From positions 4,103,389 through 4,167,388 of the forward strand of contig CBDANF010000003.1 in the NCBI GenBank assembly GCA_965197475.1: a stretch of 64,000 nt of DNA, in the 5' to 3' direction. The notes under the pieces were generated by a model. The model did no database searches, was not told the DNA's origin, and worked only from the letters and a program-made list of their open reading frames with translations. A program made the translations under genes and the position numbers. Below are positions 8,296 through 18,597 of the stretch, one piece after another (position 1 is the first letter of the stretch; each line of letters opens with the position of its first letter). The DNA is from Candidatus Poribacteria bacterium (GTDB lineage Bacteria > Poribacteria > WGA-4E > WGA-3G).

Positions 8296-11200
8296 CTATT
8301 CGGTATCGTCGGTGTTCCATGCCAGTTTTAGGGGTGGTTCCTCATCTATGGGTTCCGTTGTATCCAACGTGTGTAAGAGTGGAAAGCCAACATCATGGAA
8401 GGCTGTCTGATCTAAGTCGGCATCCGCGGGGTCGCCTTCAGATAACTCAACATTTAAGCCGAGGCTCTGCAGTTCTCTCACCAACACGTTGAAAGATTCA
8501 GGGGTGCCAGGTTTCATGGGACTTTGACCTTTCACAATAGACTCATAGATTTTAGTCCTACCTTTCACATCGTCCGATTTGATAGTCAACATCTCTTGCA
8601 GTGTGTGTGCTGCACCATAAGCTTCCAATGCCCATACTTCCATCTCACCGAGTCGTTGGCCGCCATGTTGTGCTTTACCGCCAAGCGGTTGCTGCGTTAC
8701 CAAGGAGTAAGGACCTGTTGAACGCGCATGCATCTTATCTGCAACGAGGTGATTCAATTTGAGGAAATAGACATAACCGACTGTCACCTCTTGTCCGAAC
8801 GGTTCTCCGGTCCGTCCGTCATAAAGAACACTTTTGCCGGTCTGTTTAACGTTTTTGGGTAAATCCGTTTTCGCCAATATGTCAAACACCTCTTCTTCCG
8901 TAGCACCGTCAAATACGGGTGAGGAAATGTGCAAACCGAGTTCCTTGCATGCCAAGCCTAAATGTATCTCAAGGATTTGCCCGACATTCATCCGAGAAGG
9001 CACACCGAGTGGATTTAATACAATATCAACAGGGGTGCCATCCGGTAGGTATGGCATATCTTCTTCAGGTAAAATCTTAGCGACAACACCTTTGTTTCCG
9101 TAGCGTCCCGCCATTTTATCGCCGACGGAGATAGGACGGCGGCTTGCCACATAAACTTTGACAAGTTTCAAAACGCCCGGTTTCAATTCTTCACCTGCAG
9201 CAAGTTTCTCTAACGCCGCATTTTTTTCCTCTGTGTAGGCATTCATGCGGCCGGTAGCAAGTTCTTGAAGACTTTTGATATAAGATGTTGCATCTGTATC
9301 TGTAATCTGAAGGGCTTCAAGCTTGCTTTGCGACAGTGTATCCAGATATTCACGCGTCACCACGTCACCTGCTTGCAGCTGCTGTGGTGATTCAGCATTT
9401 TCTCCATCTTCAGTCTCATTATCATTTTCGAAAGTTGTTGGATACGCAAGCTCTTTGTTAATCAAAGTCTCGCGCAATTCTTCCGTCAGACGTTCAGAAA
9501 CTTGTTTACACTGTTCTTTCCACGTTTGCTCAACTTGTTTGCGGAGTGCCTCTTGTCGCCATGCGGTTTGCTCGCTATTCGAGGTAGTTTGGCGAGAGAA
9601 TACTTTTACATCAATGACAACCCCTTCTACACCAGGACGGGTATAAGCAGAAGCATCCTTGACTTCCTTGACTTTTTCACCGAAAATCGCGCGTAGCAGT
9701 TTCTCTTCCGGACCATATTCACTTTCCCCTTTCGGTGAAATTTTTCCAACCAGAATACTACCGGTTCCCACAACACTTCCAACCCGAATAATGCCCTCGT
9801 CATCAAGTTGTGCCAAACTGCGGGAGGACATGTTTGGAATATCACGGGTGATCTCTTCGTCCCCCATCTTTGTCTGCCTCGCCGTGACTTCGAATTCCTC
9901 AATATGGATAGAGGTAAATGTGTCGTTCTTGATAAGCGAGTCACTGATGAGGATGGAGTCCTCAAAGTTATGACCTCCCCACGGCATATAGGCGCAGAGT
10001 ACGTTTCTACCGAGAGCGAGTTCACCGCCTTCAGTAGCGGTGCCATCGGCAATGACATCACCAGCTTCAACAACATCTCCGATATTCACGCGTGGCCGCT
10101 GATGGATACAGGTCCCACTGTTGCTCCGTTTGAAGTTTTTCAGTTTGTAGACATCGTAACCCATCTCACTGAAAGCATGCTCACCTTCCTCAACATGAAG
10201 TGCTTGTCCAGTGCGAATCAGGATCTCCTCCGCATCAAGGCTTGAAACGACACCACCTCGGTGCGCGATGATCATGGCATTGGCATCCCGTGCAGCGCGG
10301 TGCTCCATACCAGTGCCTACCCACGGTGCTTCTGGACAGATTAGCGGAACTGCTTGACGTTGGTGGTTAGCACCCATGAGGGCACGGTTAGCATCTTCAT
10401 GCTCTAAAAAAGGCACAAGTGCAGCGGAAACACCGACAATCTGTTGCGGAGCAATACCGATGTAGTCAATGTCAGCAAGACTGCGCTCAATCACCTCTTC
10501 ACCTTTGCGGGTACGAAGGGTTTTTGACTTGTTACGGGAAGATATAGCATCTGCAGGAGCAATGTGATATTTGTCCTCTGCATCTGCTGTGAGATATTTT
10601 ACATCTTTGGTGATTTTACCGTTACGGACCACACGGTAAGGTGTTTCTAAAAATCCGTACGGATTAACACGTGCAAACGTCGCCAAGGAAACGATAAGAC
10701 CGATAGAGGGACCTTCAGGCGTTTCTAAGGGACAGACACGTCCATAATGCGTACGATGCACGTCTCTCACCGCTGCAGTGGCACGGTCACGATGCAGACC
10801 GCCGGGACCAATTGCCGAGATACGCCGTTTATGAGTAAGTTCATCCAACGGGTTAATCTGTTGCATGAACTGGGAGAGTTGGTTAGACCCGAAAAACTCT
10901 CGAAGTGCCATCATGAGTGGCTTTGGATTCACCAAATTCTTAGGGTTTTTCAGCTGGGCATCGCTAGTAGTGCTAAGTTTTTCCCGTGTTGCTCTACGCA
11001 TCTGCAGCAGTGCAATACGGAATTGATTCTCAAGAAGTTCTCCGATTACCCGTACCCGTCGATTCCCGAGATGGTCTAAATCATCTACCGTTCTGTGCCC
11101 GTTTCGGATGTGCATCAGATGTTGCAAGGTAGCGGCAATATCTTCTTTCCGCAGCACCCGCATATCTTCTGATGGCATATCACTAGATTCATCAAGATAG

Positions 11201-12318
11201 ACAGATAGATCACTGAGTTGTGAATTGAGTTTGTATCTTCCGACAGTGCCTAAATCGTAACGTGCACCGTCAAAAAAGAGACGTTCCAAACAAGCTGAGG
11301 CCGCTTCGCGTGTCGGGGCATCGCCTGGTCGCAAGGTGCGGAAGATCTCAAGTAATGCCCCTTCTTGCAGTGTGCCTCCCGCATAAGCCTTCACCGTATC
11401 ACGCGAAAGGGTATTCCGCAAATAACGAAGTTCTTGCTCATCAGATTCAACCAGCACTTCTACTTCTGACACCTTAGCTTCAATGAGTCGATCAAACTCT
11501 ATCTCAGACAACTTTGTGTTTGCTTCAAGCAGAACTTCGCCAGAATCCGGATGGGCGACAGGCTCGGCGATAACTCGCCCAACAACGTCCTGCTTCATCG
11601 GAACGACCTCCGTGCTGCTGAAAAGTTTCAGGATATCCGCGTCCGTTTCCCAACCGAGCGCACGTAAGAGCACGGTGGCTAATAGTTTTTTCTTCCGGTC
11701 TAACCGGACGTGGATGCAGTCCTTTGAATCATATTCAAACTCTATCCAGGCACCTCGGTAAGGGATAATCTGACCTGTTGGGAGTTTCTGTGCACTTGCT
11801 GCAGATTTGTCAAGAAAAATTACACCTGGAGACCGCTGTAACTGATTAACAATCACGCGTTCGGAGCCGTTGATAATAAACGTTCCATTTTCAGTCATTA
11901 AAGGGATATCGCCAAGATAGACATCAGATTCTGTGATGTCTAAAACACGCGTCTGACCTGTGTCTTCATCCTTTTCGCGTTCAACGCACATCAGACGGGC
12001 TTGTACCCGTACCTGATAGTTGAGACCACGGGATTGGCAATCTGAAAGATCATGTGTTGGTGGACTGAGCGTGTAGCTGACGAATTCAAGACTTGTCGTC
12101 TCTTTAAAGTCATAAATCGGAAAAACTTCCTTGAACAATGCCTGAAGCCCTTTCAACTCGCGTTCATTTTCTTCAACAAAACGTTGCAGAAATGCGGTGT
12201 AAGATCGCTTTTGGGTCTCAATTAAATCAGGCAAATCAAGAACTGAAGGGGTTTTGGCAAAGGAGACACGCTGTCGTAACGCTGCCGAACTTCCATTACT
12301 TTTATTTATATCGGGCAT
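8296..12318 (-). CDS. rpoB: DNA-directed RNA polymerase beta subunit
   Basis: [60 protein letters not shown] motifs. Confidence 0.98.
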   Translation of the reverse strand: [1340 protein letters not shown]

Positions 12319-13124
12319 AAATTTTCACCTTGCGCGGGTCGCTGATGGGTTGAAAAGTTTTTACGATTAGACTGACTGTAACGAATAGTTAACAGAAAAG
12401 TATATTTCAATTGTCGGAAAAGTGGGACTTGCCGATAACTGATACTCAGCAAACTATTTTCATTACTAAATAATTGGGTTTTCTTTCACGACTTCTGTTG
12501 TTTCTGTTTTTATACGTGAGATGCTGCTTGGGGTAGTGAAACATTGTGTTGAATTGCGAATAGCGGGCAATATACCGGTTCTCACAATTAACAATTGCGA
12601 TCCAATTCGCTTTTCTTCAAAGAGAGTACGAATTAACAAACAGAAGACCGAATTGCTGTAAGGGTTCATAAATTTAGAGTTGTCAAAGACGAACCGGATT
12701 ATCTTTCTTTGCTACCACAATCCTCTACTCTAACGGAATAGATACGTAACACGACGAATCTGATTATTCGGTACTATCAGGCATTGGGCGCGACAAACCA
12801 CCTGACTTCATAATAGCGGAAAAAGAAGCATACGAAGTACTTGACAGTCTATGACACAACACTAAACAATTGTGAACATTCCTCATTTAAATACAAAAAC
12901 AGTTGCCTATTTTTTGAAGAAATTATATACTTCCTAAAAGTTACCACAACACGTACAGTTTTGCAACTTCTTAAAAGCGTAACGTAAAATTATACATCAA
13001 GGTTTACAAAATGTCAAGAAAAAATGCAGAATTTTGTGAAATTTCTAATTTTGACCCACATTTCGCATGTAAATCTGTATTTTCGATTCGGGTGTAGCAC
13101 AAACCTCGTAAAATTCGGGCAATT

Positions 13125-13655
13125 ATGAGAACACTTATAGAACAACTACCTGTCAAAGCAATTATCGCCGTTCTGACAGCAGATCCTCCGATCTTACCAA
13201 CCGTCTATCAGCAACTAACAGATCAATTCGGGCCCGTTGACTATACCAGCGAACTTTTGCCGTTCGACAGCACAACTTACTACGAAGATGAAATGGGAAG
13301 AGAACTGCAAAGGCAGTTTATCAGTTTTGAAAATCTGATTGATGCTGGGGCGTTAGCTGATAAGAAACTGTTTACGAATCAGGTAGAACAAGCTTCTGCA
13401 CAGGAAAATATCTCACGGCGGCGTGTCAATTTAGATGTAGGTTACGTTTGTATGGCAAAGTTAGTGCTTGCATCAACGAAGGACCATGCACACCGCATCT
13501 ATCTCCGCGATGGTATCTATGCAGAAATAACACTCCGTTTTTATCATAAAACGTTCCAACCGTGGGAATGGACGTATCCGGATTATCGTTCCCCTGCTTA
13601 CATCGCTATTTTTAATCATATTCGCGCAATCTATAGGGAGCAACTCAAGGCATGA
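13125..13655 (+). CDS. DUF4416 family protein
   Basis: T.YYE.EMG, RRVNLD.GY, VLASTKD.AHRIYL..GIYAEITL, WTYPDY pattern. Confidence 0.8.
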   Translation: MRTLIEQLPVKAIIAVLTADPPILPTVYQQLTDQFGPVDYTSELLPFDSTTYYEDEMGRELQRQFISFENLIDAGALADKKLFTNQVEQASAQENISRRRVNLDVGYVCMAKLVLASTKDHAHRIYLRDGIYAEITLRFYHKTFQPWEWTYPDYRSPAYIAIFNHIRAIYREQLKA

Positions 13656-14845
13656 ACATGTATGTTACTTTCATCAAAAAATCCAAGGTAAGATATGTCG
13701 TCTCTTTCTTCGCACGTTCTAAATTTCTGATTTTTTTGACTATCTGTGCAATTTTGGTCCAGTTAACAAGTTTTTCCAGTGCACAGGAAGCAGAGACACC
13801 CCGATCACGGGCACGCGACCTCGGCATTCACATCGGCACGTTTCCAACTGGCGAATATAATGCCATCACCGATGTCCCCGGTGTCAAGGTCGGACACGTT
13901 ACCCTAAATGAGGGTGATTCAATACGCACCGGTGTTACCGCTATCCTTCCGCACAAGGATATTTGGAAGATGCGGCTGTTTAGTGCGGCGCACACTATAC
14001 ACGGCAACGGTGAAGCCACTGGCATCGCTCGAATTAACCAAGCAGGATGGATTGAGTCGCCAATTTTACTCACAAATACCCTGAGTGTTGGTGCTGTCCA
14101 CGATGGTGTTGTCCGATATATTGTGAAGCGGTATCCAAACGATAACATTGTGCTTCCGATTGTGGCAGAATGCTACGATGGCGGTTTGAATGACATCAGT
14201 GGGCTGCACGTAAAACCGAAACACGCGATTGAGGCAATAGAAAAAGCGGCATCTGGTCCGGTAGCAGAGGGATGTGTCGGCGGGGGCACAGGCATGCGAT
14301 GCTACGGTTTCAAAGCAGGTATCGGCACCGCTTCGCGAGTGCTACCACCGAACAGCGGCGGGTGGAAAGTCGGTGTATTGGTAAACTCCAACGGTGGAAG
14401 ACGGCACCAATTGCGCATTGACGGTGTGCCGATAGGTAAGGCGTTGGAAGATGATCAATTGAAACCGGGTAGAGATGGGTCATTTATAATTGTTATCGCA
14501 ACGGATGCGCCGTTGACGCACCGTCAGTTGAAACAGTTGGCAATTCGTGCGACACATGGACTTGCCCGCACAGGTACACCGAGCACAGACAGCAGCGGTG
14601 AGTTCGTTATCGCGTTTTCAACTGCAAACGTTTTTCCGAGCAACACCGAAAGTGGCACCTTTCAGATTCAAATGGTAGTCAACAGACGTTTGAGTTTGCT
14701 CTTTCAGGCAGCCATAGAGGCAACAGAAGAAGCGATTATTAATTCCATGACTATGGCAACAACGACGACAGGGCGTAACGGCAATACGATGCATGCCATT
14801 CCGCTGGATCAGTTGAAACAAGTGATGAAGCAGTATGGACGTTAA
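13652..14845 (+). CDS. DmpA/P1 family (S58) aminopeptidase with N-terminal signal
   Basis: NAITDVPGVKVGH, EGCVGGGTGM, DGSFIIVIATDAPL autoprocessing motif. Confidence 0.9.
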   Translation: MNMYVTFIKKSKVRYVVSFFARSKFLIFLTICAILVQLTSFSSAQEAETPRSRARDLGIHIGTFPTGEYNAITDVPGVKVGHVTLNEGDSIRTGVTAILPHKDIWKMRLFSAAHTIHGNGEATGIARINQAGWIESPILLTNTLSVGAVHDGVVRYIVKRYPNDNIVLPIVAECYDGGLNDISGLHVKPKHAIEAIEKAASGPVAEGCVGGGTGMRCYGFKAGIGTASRVLPPNSGGWKVGVLVNSNGGRRHQLRIDGVPIGKALEDDQLKPGRDGSFIIVIATDAPLTHRQLKQLAIRATHGLARTGTPSTDSSGEFVIAFSTANVFPSNTESGTFQIQMVVNRRLSLLFQAAIEATEEAIINSMTMATTTTGRNGNTMHAIPLDQLKQVMKQYGR

Positions 14846-14990
14846 TTGTTTATTATCAAGTCCAAGAATACTTACATATTTCCTTTGGGCTTTGCGGCGT
14901 TTGTAGTCGCGCAATTCATTGCACCTCTTACCTATGTCAGTTAGAGCAAACGCTGTTAAACCTAACGTTTACTTTTTGTTGGTAACTTGC

Positions 14991-15213
14991 CAAAACATTT
15001 ACCCGCCCGATTTCACAGGGTATGTAAAGTTTTTGTCATTAACCGTTCTTTTTTCTTGTAGGAGGGGTTTTCAACCCCGATTCTCAAGTGCTGCAGGTAT
15101 TAAGCATTGACTCAGATTTTCTTCTGTCCGAGCGACCTCCCGGTCGCTCCTACAGAATCTACGTAACCCGTGAACAAACAATTGACAAAATATTTATCCG
15201 CCCGATTTCACAG
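14991..15213. repeat. REP doublet/MITE-like element bracketed by 28-bp direct repeats
   Basis: caaaacatttacccgcccgatttcacag at 14991 and a 2-mismatch copy at 15186; inside are inverted GTAG-type hairpins at 15058-15080 and 15130-15153. Confidence 0.6.
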
Positions 15214-15219
15214 AAAAAT

Positions 15220-15248
15220 TTGACAAATTGAGAAAAATCGGGTATCCT
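15220..15248 (+). promoter_or_regulatory. Sigma70-type promoter for rpmH-ispH
   Basis: TTGACA-17 bp-TATCCT. Confidence 0.55.
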
Positions 15249-15323
15249 TATTATTTAAGGTAAGAAACATATATCGTAATTTTGGTGGATACTACAAGGA
15301 AGGAAATAGAAAGGAAAAGCGTT

Positions 15324-15458
15324 ATGAAGCGTACGTATCAGCCACATAGGCGAAAACGAAAAAACAAGCTCGGATTTCGAAAACGGATGTCTACCCGTTA
15401 TGGAAGAAAAATCCTCGCGCGCCGTCGAGCAAAGGGTAGAAGAGTCCTCAGTGCATAA
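15324..15458 (+). CDS. rpmH: 50S ribosomal protein L34 (absent from the ORF track)
   Basis: Hand translation [44 protein letters not shown]. Confidence 0.97.
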   Translation: MKRTYQPHRRKRKNKLGFRKRMSTRYGRKILARRRAKGRRVLSA

Positions 15459-15483
15459 AATTGCCCTAAAAACAATTTGAAAG

Positions 15484-16719
15484 ATGCCCCGTACTTTTAA
15501 TTTACCCCGCTTTTATGAAAGTCCTATTATTTCCGCTGTCAAGACATCGCGGCGGAATATGGACGCTCGTAAACGGGACCTATCCCCCTCCGTTTTAGAT
15601 TTTGGACCTGTCCGTTTTAAGATCGCACGTCACTTCGGGTTCTGTTATGGTGTAGAAAATGCTGTTGAGATAGCATATCGCGCACTTGAGGAGAATCCGG
15701 ACAAGCGAATTTTCCTGCTATCTGAGATTATCCATAATCCTCGCGTCAACGAAAATTTAAGACATCACGGCGTGCAATTTCTCTCTGATACTGAGGGAAA
15801 TCCGTTGCTACCGTTTGATGTCTTGGTACCTGATGATGTTGTCATTGTTCCTGCCTTCGGCACAACTTTAGAAGTTGAAGCGGAACTCAACGATCGCGGG
15901 GTTACGCTCTCGTCCTACAATACAACGTGCCCGTTCGTTGAAAAGGTATGGAAGCGGAGCCAGGATATTGGTAAGCAGGATTACACCGTTGTTGTGCATG
16001 GCAAAAGGTATCATGAGGAGACCCGCGCCACGTTTTCCCATGCGCAAGCGGAGGCACCTGTCGTTGTCGTTCGCGATCTTGCGGAGGCAGAAGACCTCGC
16101 AAAGGTAATACGCGGCGATGCAGATGCCGACTTTTTCTTTGAACAATTTGTCGACCGATATACCGAAGGCTTCCACCCAGACACCCACCTCAAGCGCATC
16201 GGTGTTGTCAACCAGACCACGATGCTCGCCACAGAGACACAAGCCATCGCTGATTTGTTACGGCAGGCTATTATTGAGAGATACGGTGAAGAGAATCTTG
16301 CGGAACATTTTGCTGATACGAAGGATACGCTCTGCTATGCCACGAAAGAGAACCAGGACGCAACGCTCGCGCTTATCGCTGAAGGTGGGGATGTTGCGGT
16401 TGTCGTCGGGGGATACAATTCTTCCAACACAAGCCATCTTGTGGAACTTTGTGAACACAAGTTACCGACCTATTTTGTCCGAGACGCGGAGGAGTTACTC
16501 AGTCCTAAACAGATTCGTCATTTGGAACTTGAGACAAAAAAGGTGCAGATAACGGAGGATTGGCTACCGACTGAACATCTTGATGGGAGTCCAGTTGATA
16601 TTGTCCTGACTGCGGGTGCTTCCTGTCCAGATATTCTGCTTGATGAGGTGTTGCGGAAGATTGTTGGCTGGTTTTCAGGGACACGTTCTGTGGAAGATGT
16701 GCTTGCGCCTTATGAGTAG
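15484..16719 (+). CDS. ispH: 4-hydroxy-3-methylbut-2-enyl diphosphate reductase (long type)
   Basis: FGFCYGVENA, TTCPFV, NQTTM, DTLCYAT, GGYNSSNT, TAGASCP motifs. Confidence 0.95.
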   Translation: MPRTFNLPRFYESPIISAVKTSRRNMDARKRDLSPSVLDFGPVRFKIARHFGFCYGVENAVEIAYRALEENPDKRIFLLSEIIHNPRVNENLRHHGVQFLSDTEGNPLLPFDVLVPDDVVIVPAFGTTLEVEAELNDRGVTLSSYNTTCPFVEKVWKRSQDIGKQDYTVVVHGKRYHEETRATFSHAQAEAPVVVVRDLAEAEDLAKVIRGDADADFFFEQFVDRYTEGFHPDTHLKRIGVVNQTTMLATETQAIADLLRQAIIERYGEENLAEHFADTKDTLCYATKENQDATLALIAEGGDVAVVVGGYNSSNTSHLVELCEHKLPTYFVRDAEELLSPKQIRHLELETKKVQITEDWLPTEHLDGSPVDIVLTAGASCPDILLDEVLRKIVGWFSGTRSVEDVLAPYE

Positions 16720-16758
16720 AAGTATGCTTTGTGATAACTTTAAAAATAAAGGGAAAAC

Positions 16759-18597
16759 ATGTCTATGAATGACCAGTATAAATATGTTGGACAATCTCTC
16801 ACACTAAAGATAGCGCGAGAACTTATTCAAGAACTATTCGCAGGACAAACTGTCCCAAAACGAGAAATCGTAAGGGTTGTAGATGAAACGCATCTTGAGC
16901 GTGGAGGACTGCCAGCAGTTTCCAGAAGTTCTTATCCTGTCACGCGAGCACTGGCCGCGATGAAGCAATCCGGGCTTGCAAAGAATCCAAGACGGGGCTT
17001 TTGGTTTATACTGCACTATATTAAAACGCTAAACGGGTTTTTGAAATGGGCATCTCAATTTGATTCCGAAGAAGATGAAGAAGATGCTGAAAAATACTTG
17101 TTTCGAGGGGTATCAAGCGTAGATTATAAAATTGACGCGTCCGCTTATCGGCGTTTGAAAAAAGGGCGAGATAGCGATGAAAGACAGGATGGAGATTTTG
17201 AAAGATTCTTGCAAATCAATAGGGATATGATTAGAGATGCACGTTTTCGTGGGCACGACCGTAGAGACGGACGGAGGTTGGAGGATTTAGAAATACTTGC
17301 TGAATTTCAGCACTATGGCGCGGCCACTTGTTTAATAGATTTTACCTACAATGTGCTTGTTGCCCTTTGGTTTGCATGCAAGAAAAGTTCAAAGGATACG
17401 TCAAAAGGTGGTAAGGTTGTTGCGGTACGGCCAGGTGATTCCACTTTTACAGAGATAACTTCAGGATTTAGTGTGATTACACTGGAATCCCTTGAAAAAA
17501 AGATTAATGATTTTTTTCATGATAGTAAAGGTAATATAAAAGAGAAACTTTATCAATGGCAACCTCGGCATCAAAATAATCGTATTATAGCGCAGCAATC
17601 TATCTTCTTGTTCGGAGTTCTTGACATTAACCCTGACGCAGAATGTATCATTGACGAAAGTAGCAAGGAAAAGATTCGAAAGTCTCTACAGCGAATCTAT
17701 GGTATCACTGAAGATATGTTGTTTCCTGATTTTGATGGTTTTGCACAGCAACGCAGTCAGGATGTACCATATATTCTTCTCCCCGCCTCTGAATATAGGG
17801 AGCGTGCTTATAGAGAATTCCAAAGAGGTAAATATGAGTCAGCGATTACTGATTATGACGAGGCGATTCATCTGAACCCCGATGATGCCTCTGCTTACTA
17901 TCAGCGCGGACATGTAAATTTTGAGCTACAACAATACGAATTAGCGATTGATGATTATAGCAAGGCAATTGACCGAAAACCCGACGATTATGCAGATTTT
18001 TATCGAGCGCGAGGTAATGCGAATTTTAATCTAAAGCGATACGCACCAGCTATTGAGGATTATAGTGAGGTGATTCGTATATTTCCTAATGATATAAATT
18101 CCTATAACTACCGCGGACTTGCCAAAGCTGCACAAAAACAATACGAAGAAGCTATTGACGATTTTGATGAAGCAATTCGCAGATCTGCTGGTAGCCATGA
18201 TATTTACCGATCGCGAGGATGGGCTAAATATGAGCTCAAACAATATAAGGCAGCTATTGACGATTATAACGAGGTAATTCGGATATATGACGATAGAAAA
18301 TCCTATTACAAACGAGGCCTTGCAAACTTTGGACTAAAGAAATATGAATTAGCTATTGACGACTATGACAAAGCTATTAGTCTGAGTACCCCTTTTAACA
18401 TGGATCCTGATGATGCATATATCTACTACCAGCGCGCACTTGCTAAAAAGGAATTAGGTCGTTTTGAGGAGGAAATAACAGATCTCCAAACAGCCTTTCC
18501 ATTGGCTAAGCGGATTGCTAATGATGATTCGGAACTTGCAGTCGAGATCGATTATCTTCTTCGTGAACTCAGATCACACAGTGGAGAATCACAATGA
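16759..18597 (+). CDS. Putative wHTH + FRG domain + TPR repeat protein
   Basis: LFRG, QHYGAATCLIDFT..LVALWFAC, NNRIIAQQSIF (FRG); several AI.DY..AI TPR repeats; N-terminal segment ending NPRRGFW resembles Mrr_N wHTH. Confidence 0.85.
   Translation: MSMNDQYKYVGQSLTLKIARELIQELFAGQTVPKREIVRVVDETHLERGGLPAVSRSSYPVTRALAAMKQSGLAKNPRRGFWFILHYIKTLNGFLKWASQFDSEEDEEDAEKYLFRGVSSVDYKIDASAYRRLKKGRDSDERQDGDFERFLQINRDMIRDARFRGHDRRDGRRLEDLEILAEFQHYGAATCLIDFTYNVLVALWFACKKSSKDTSKGGKVVAVRPGDSTFTEITSGFSVITLESLEKKINDFFHDSKGNIKEKLYQWQPRHQNNRIIAQQSIFLFGVLDINPDAECIIDESSKEKIRKSLQRIYGITEDMLFPDFDGFAQQRSQDVPYILLPASEYRERAYREFQRGKYESAITDYDEAIHLNPDDASAYYQRGHVNFELQQYELAIDDYSKAIDRKPDDYADFYRARGNANFNLKRYAPAIEDYSEVIRIFPNDINSYNYRGLAKAAQKQYEEAIDDFDEAIRRSAGSHDIYRSRGWAKYELKQYKAAIDDYNEVIRIYDDRKSYYKRGLANFGLKKYELAIDDYDKAISLSTPFNMDPDDAYIYYQRALAKKELGRFEEEITDLQTAFPLAKRIANDDSELAVEIDYLLRELRSHSGESQ

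Noticed and set aside
12466-12669. 67-aa ORF upstream of rpoB as a ribosomal protein or leader peptide
   Set aside because: No similarity to L7/L12 or any family I recognise.
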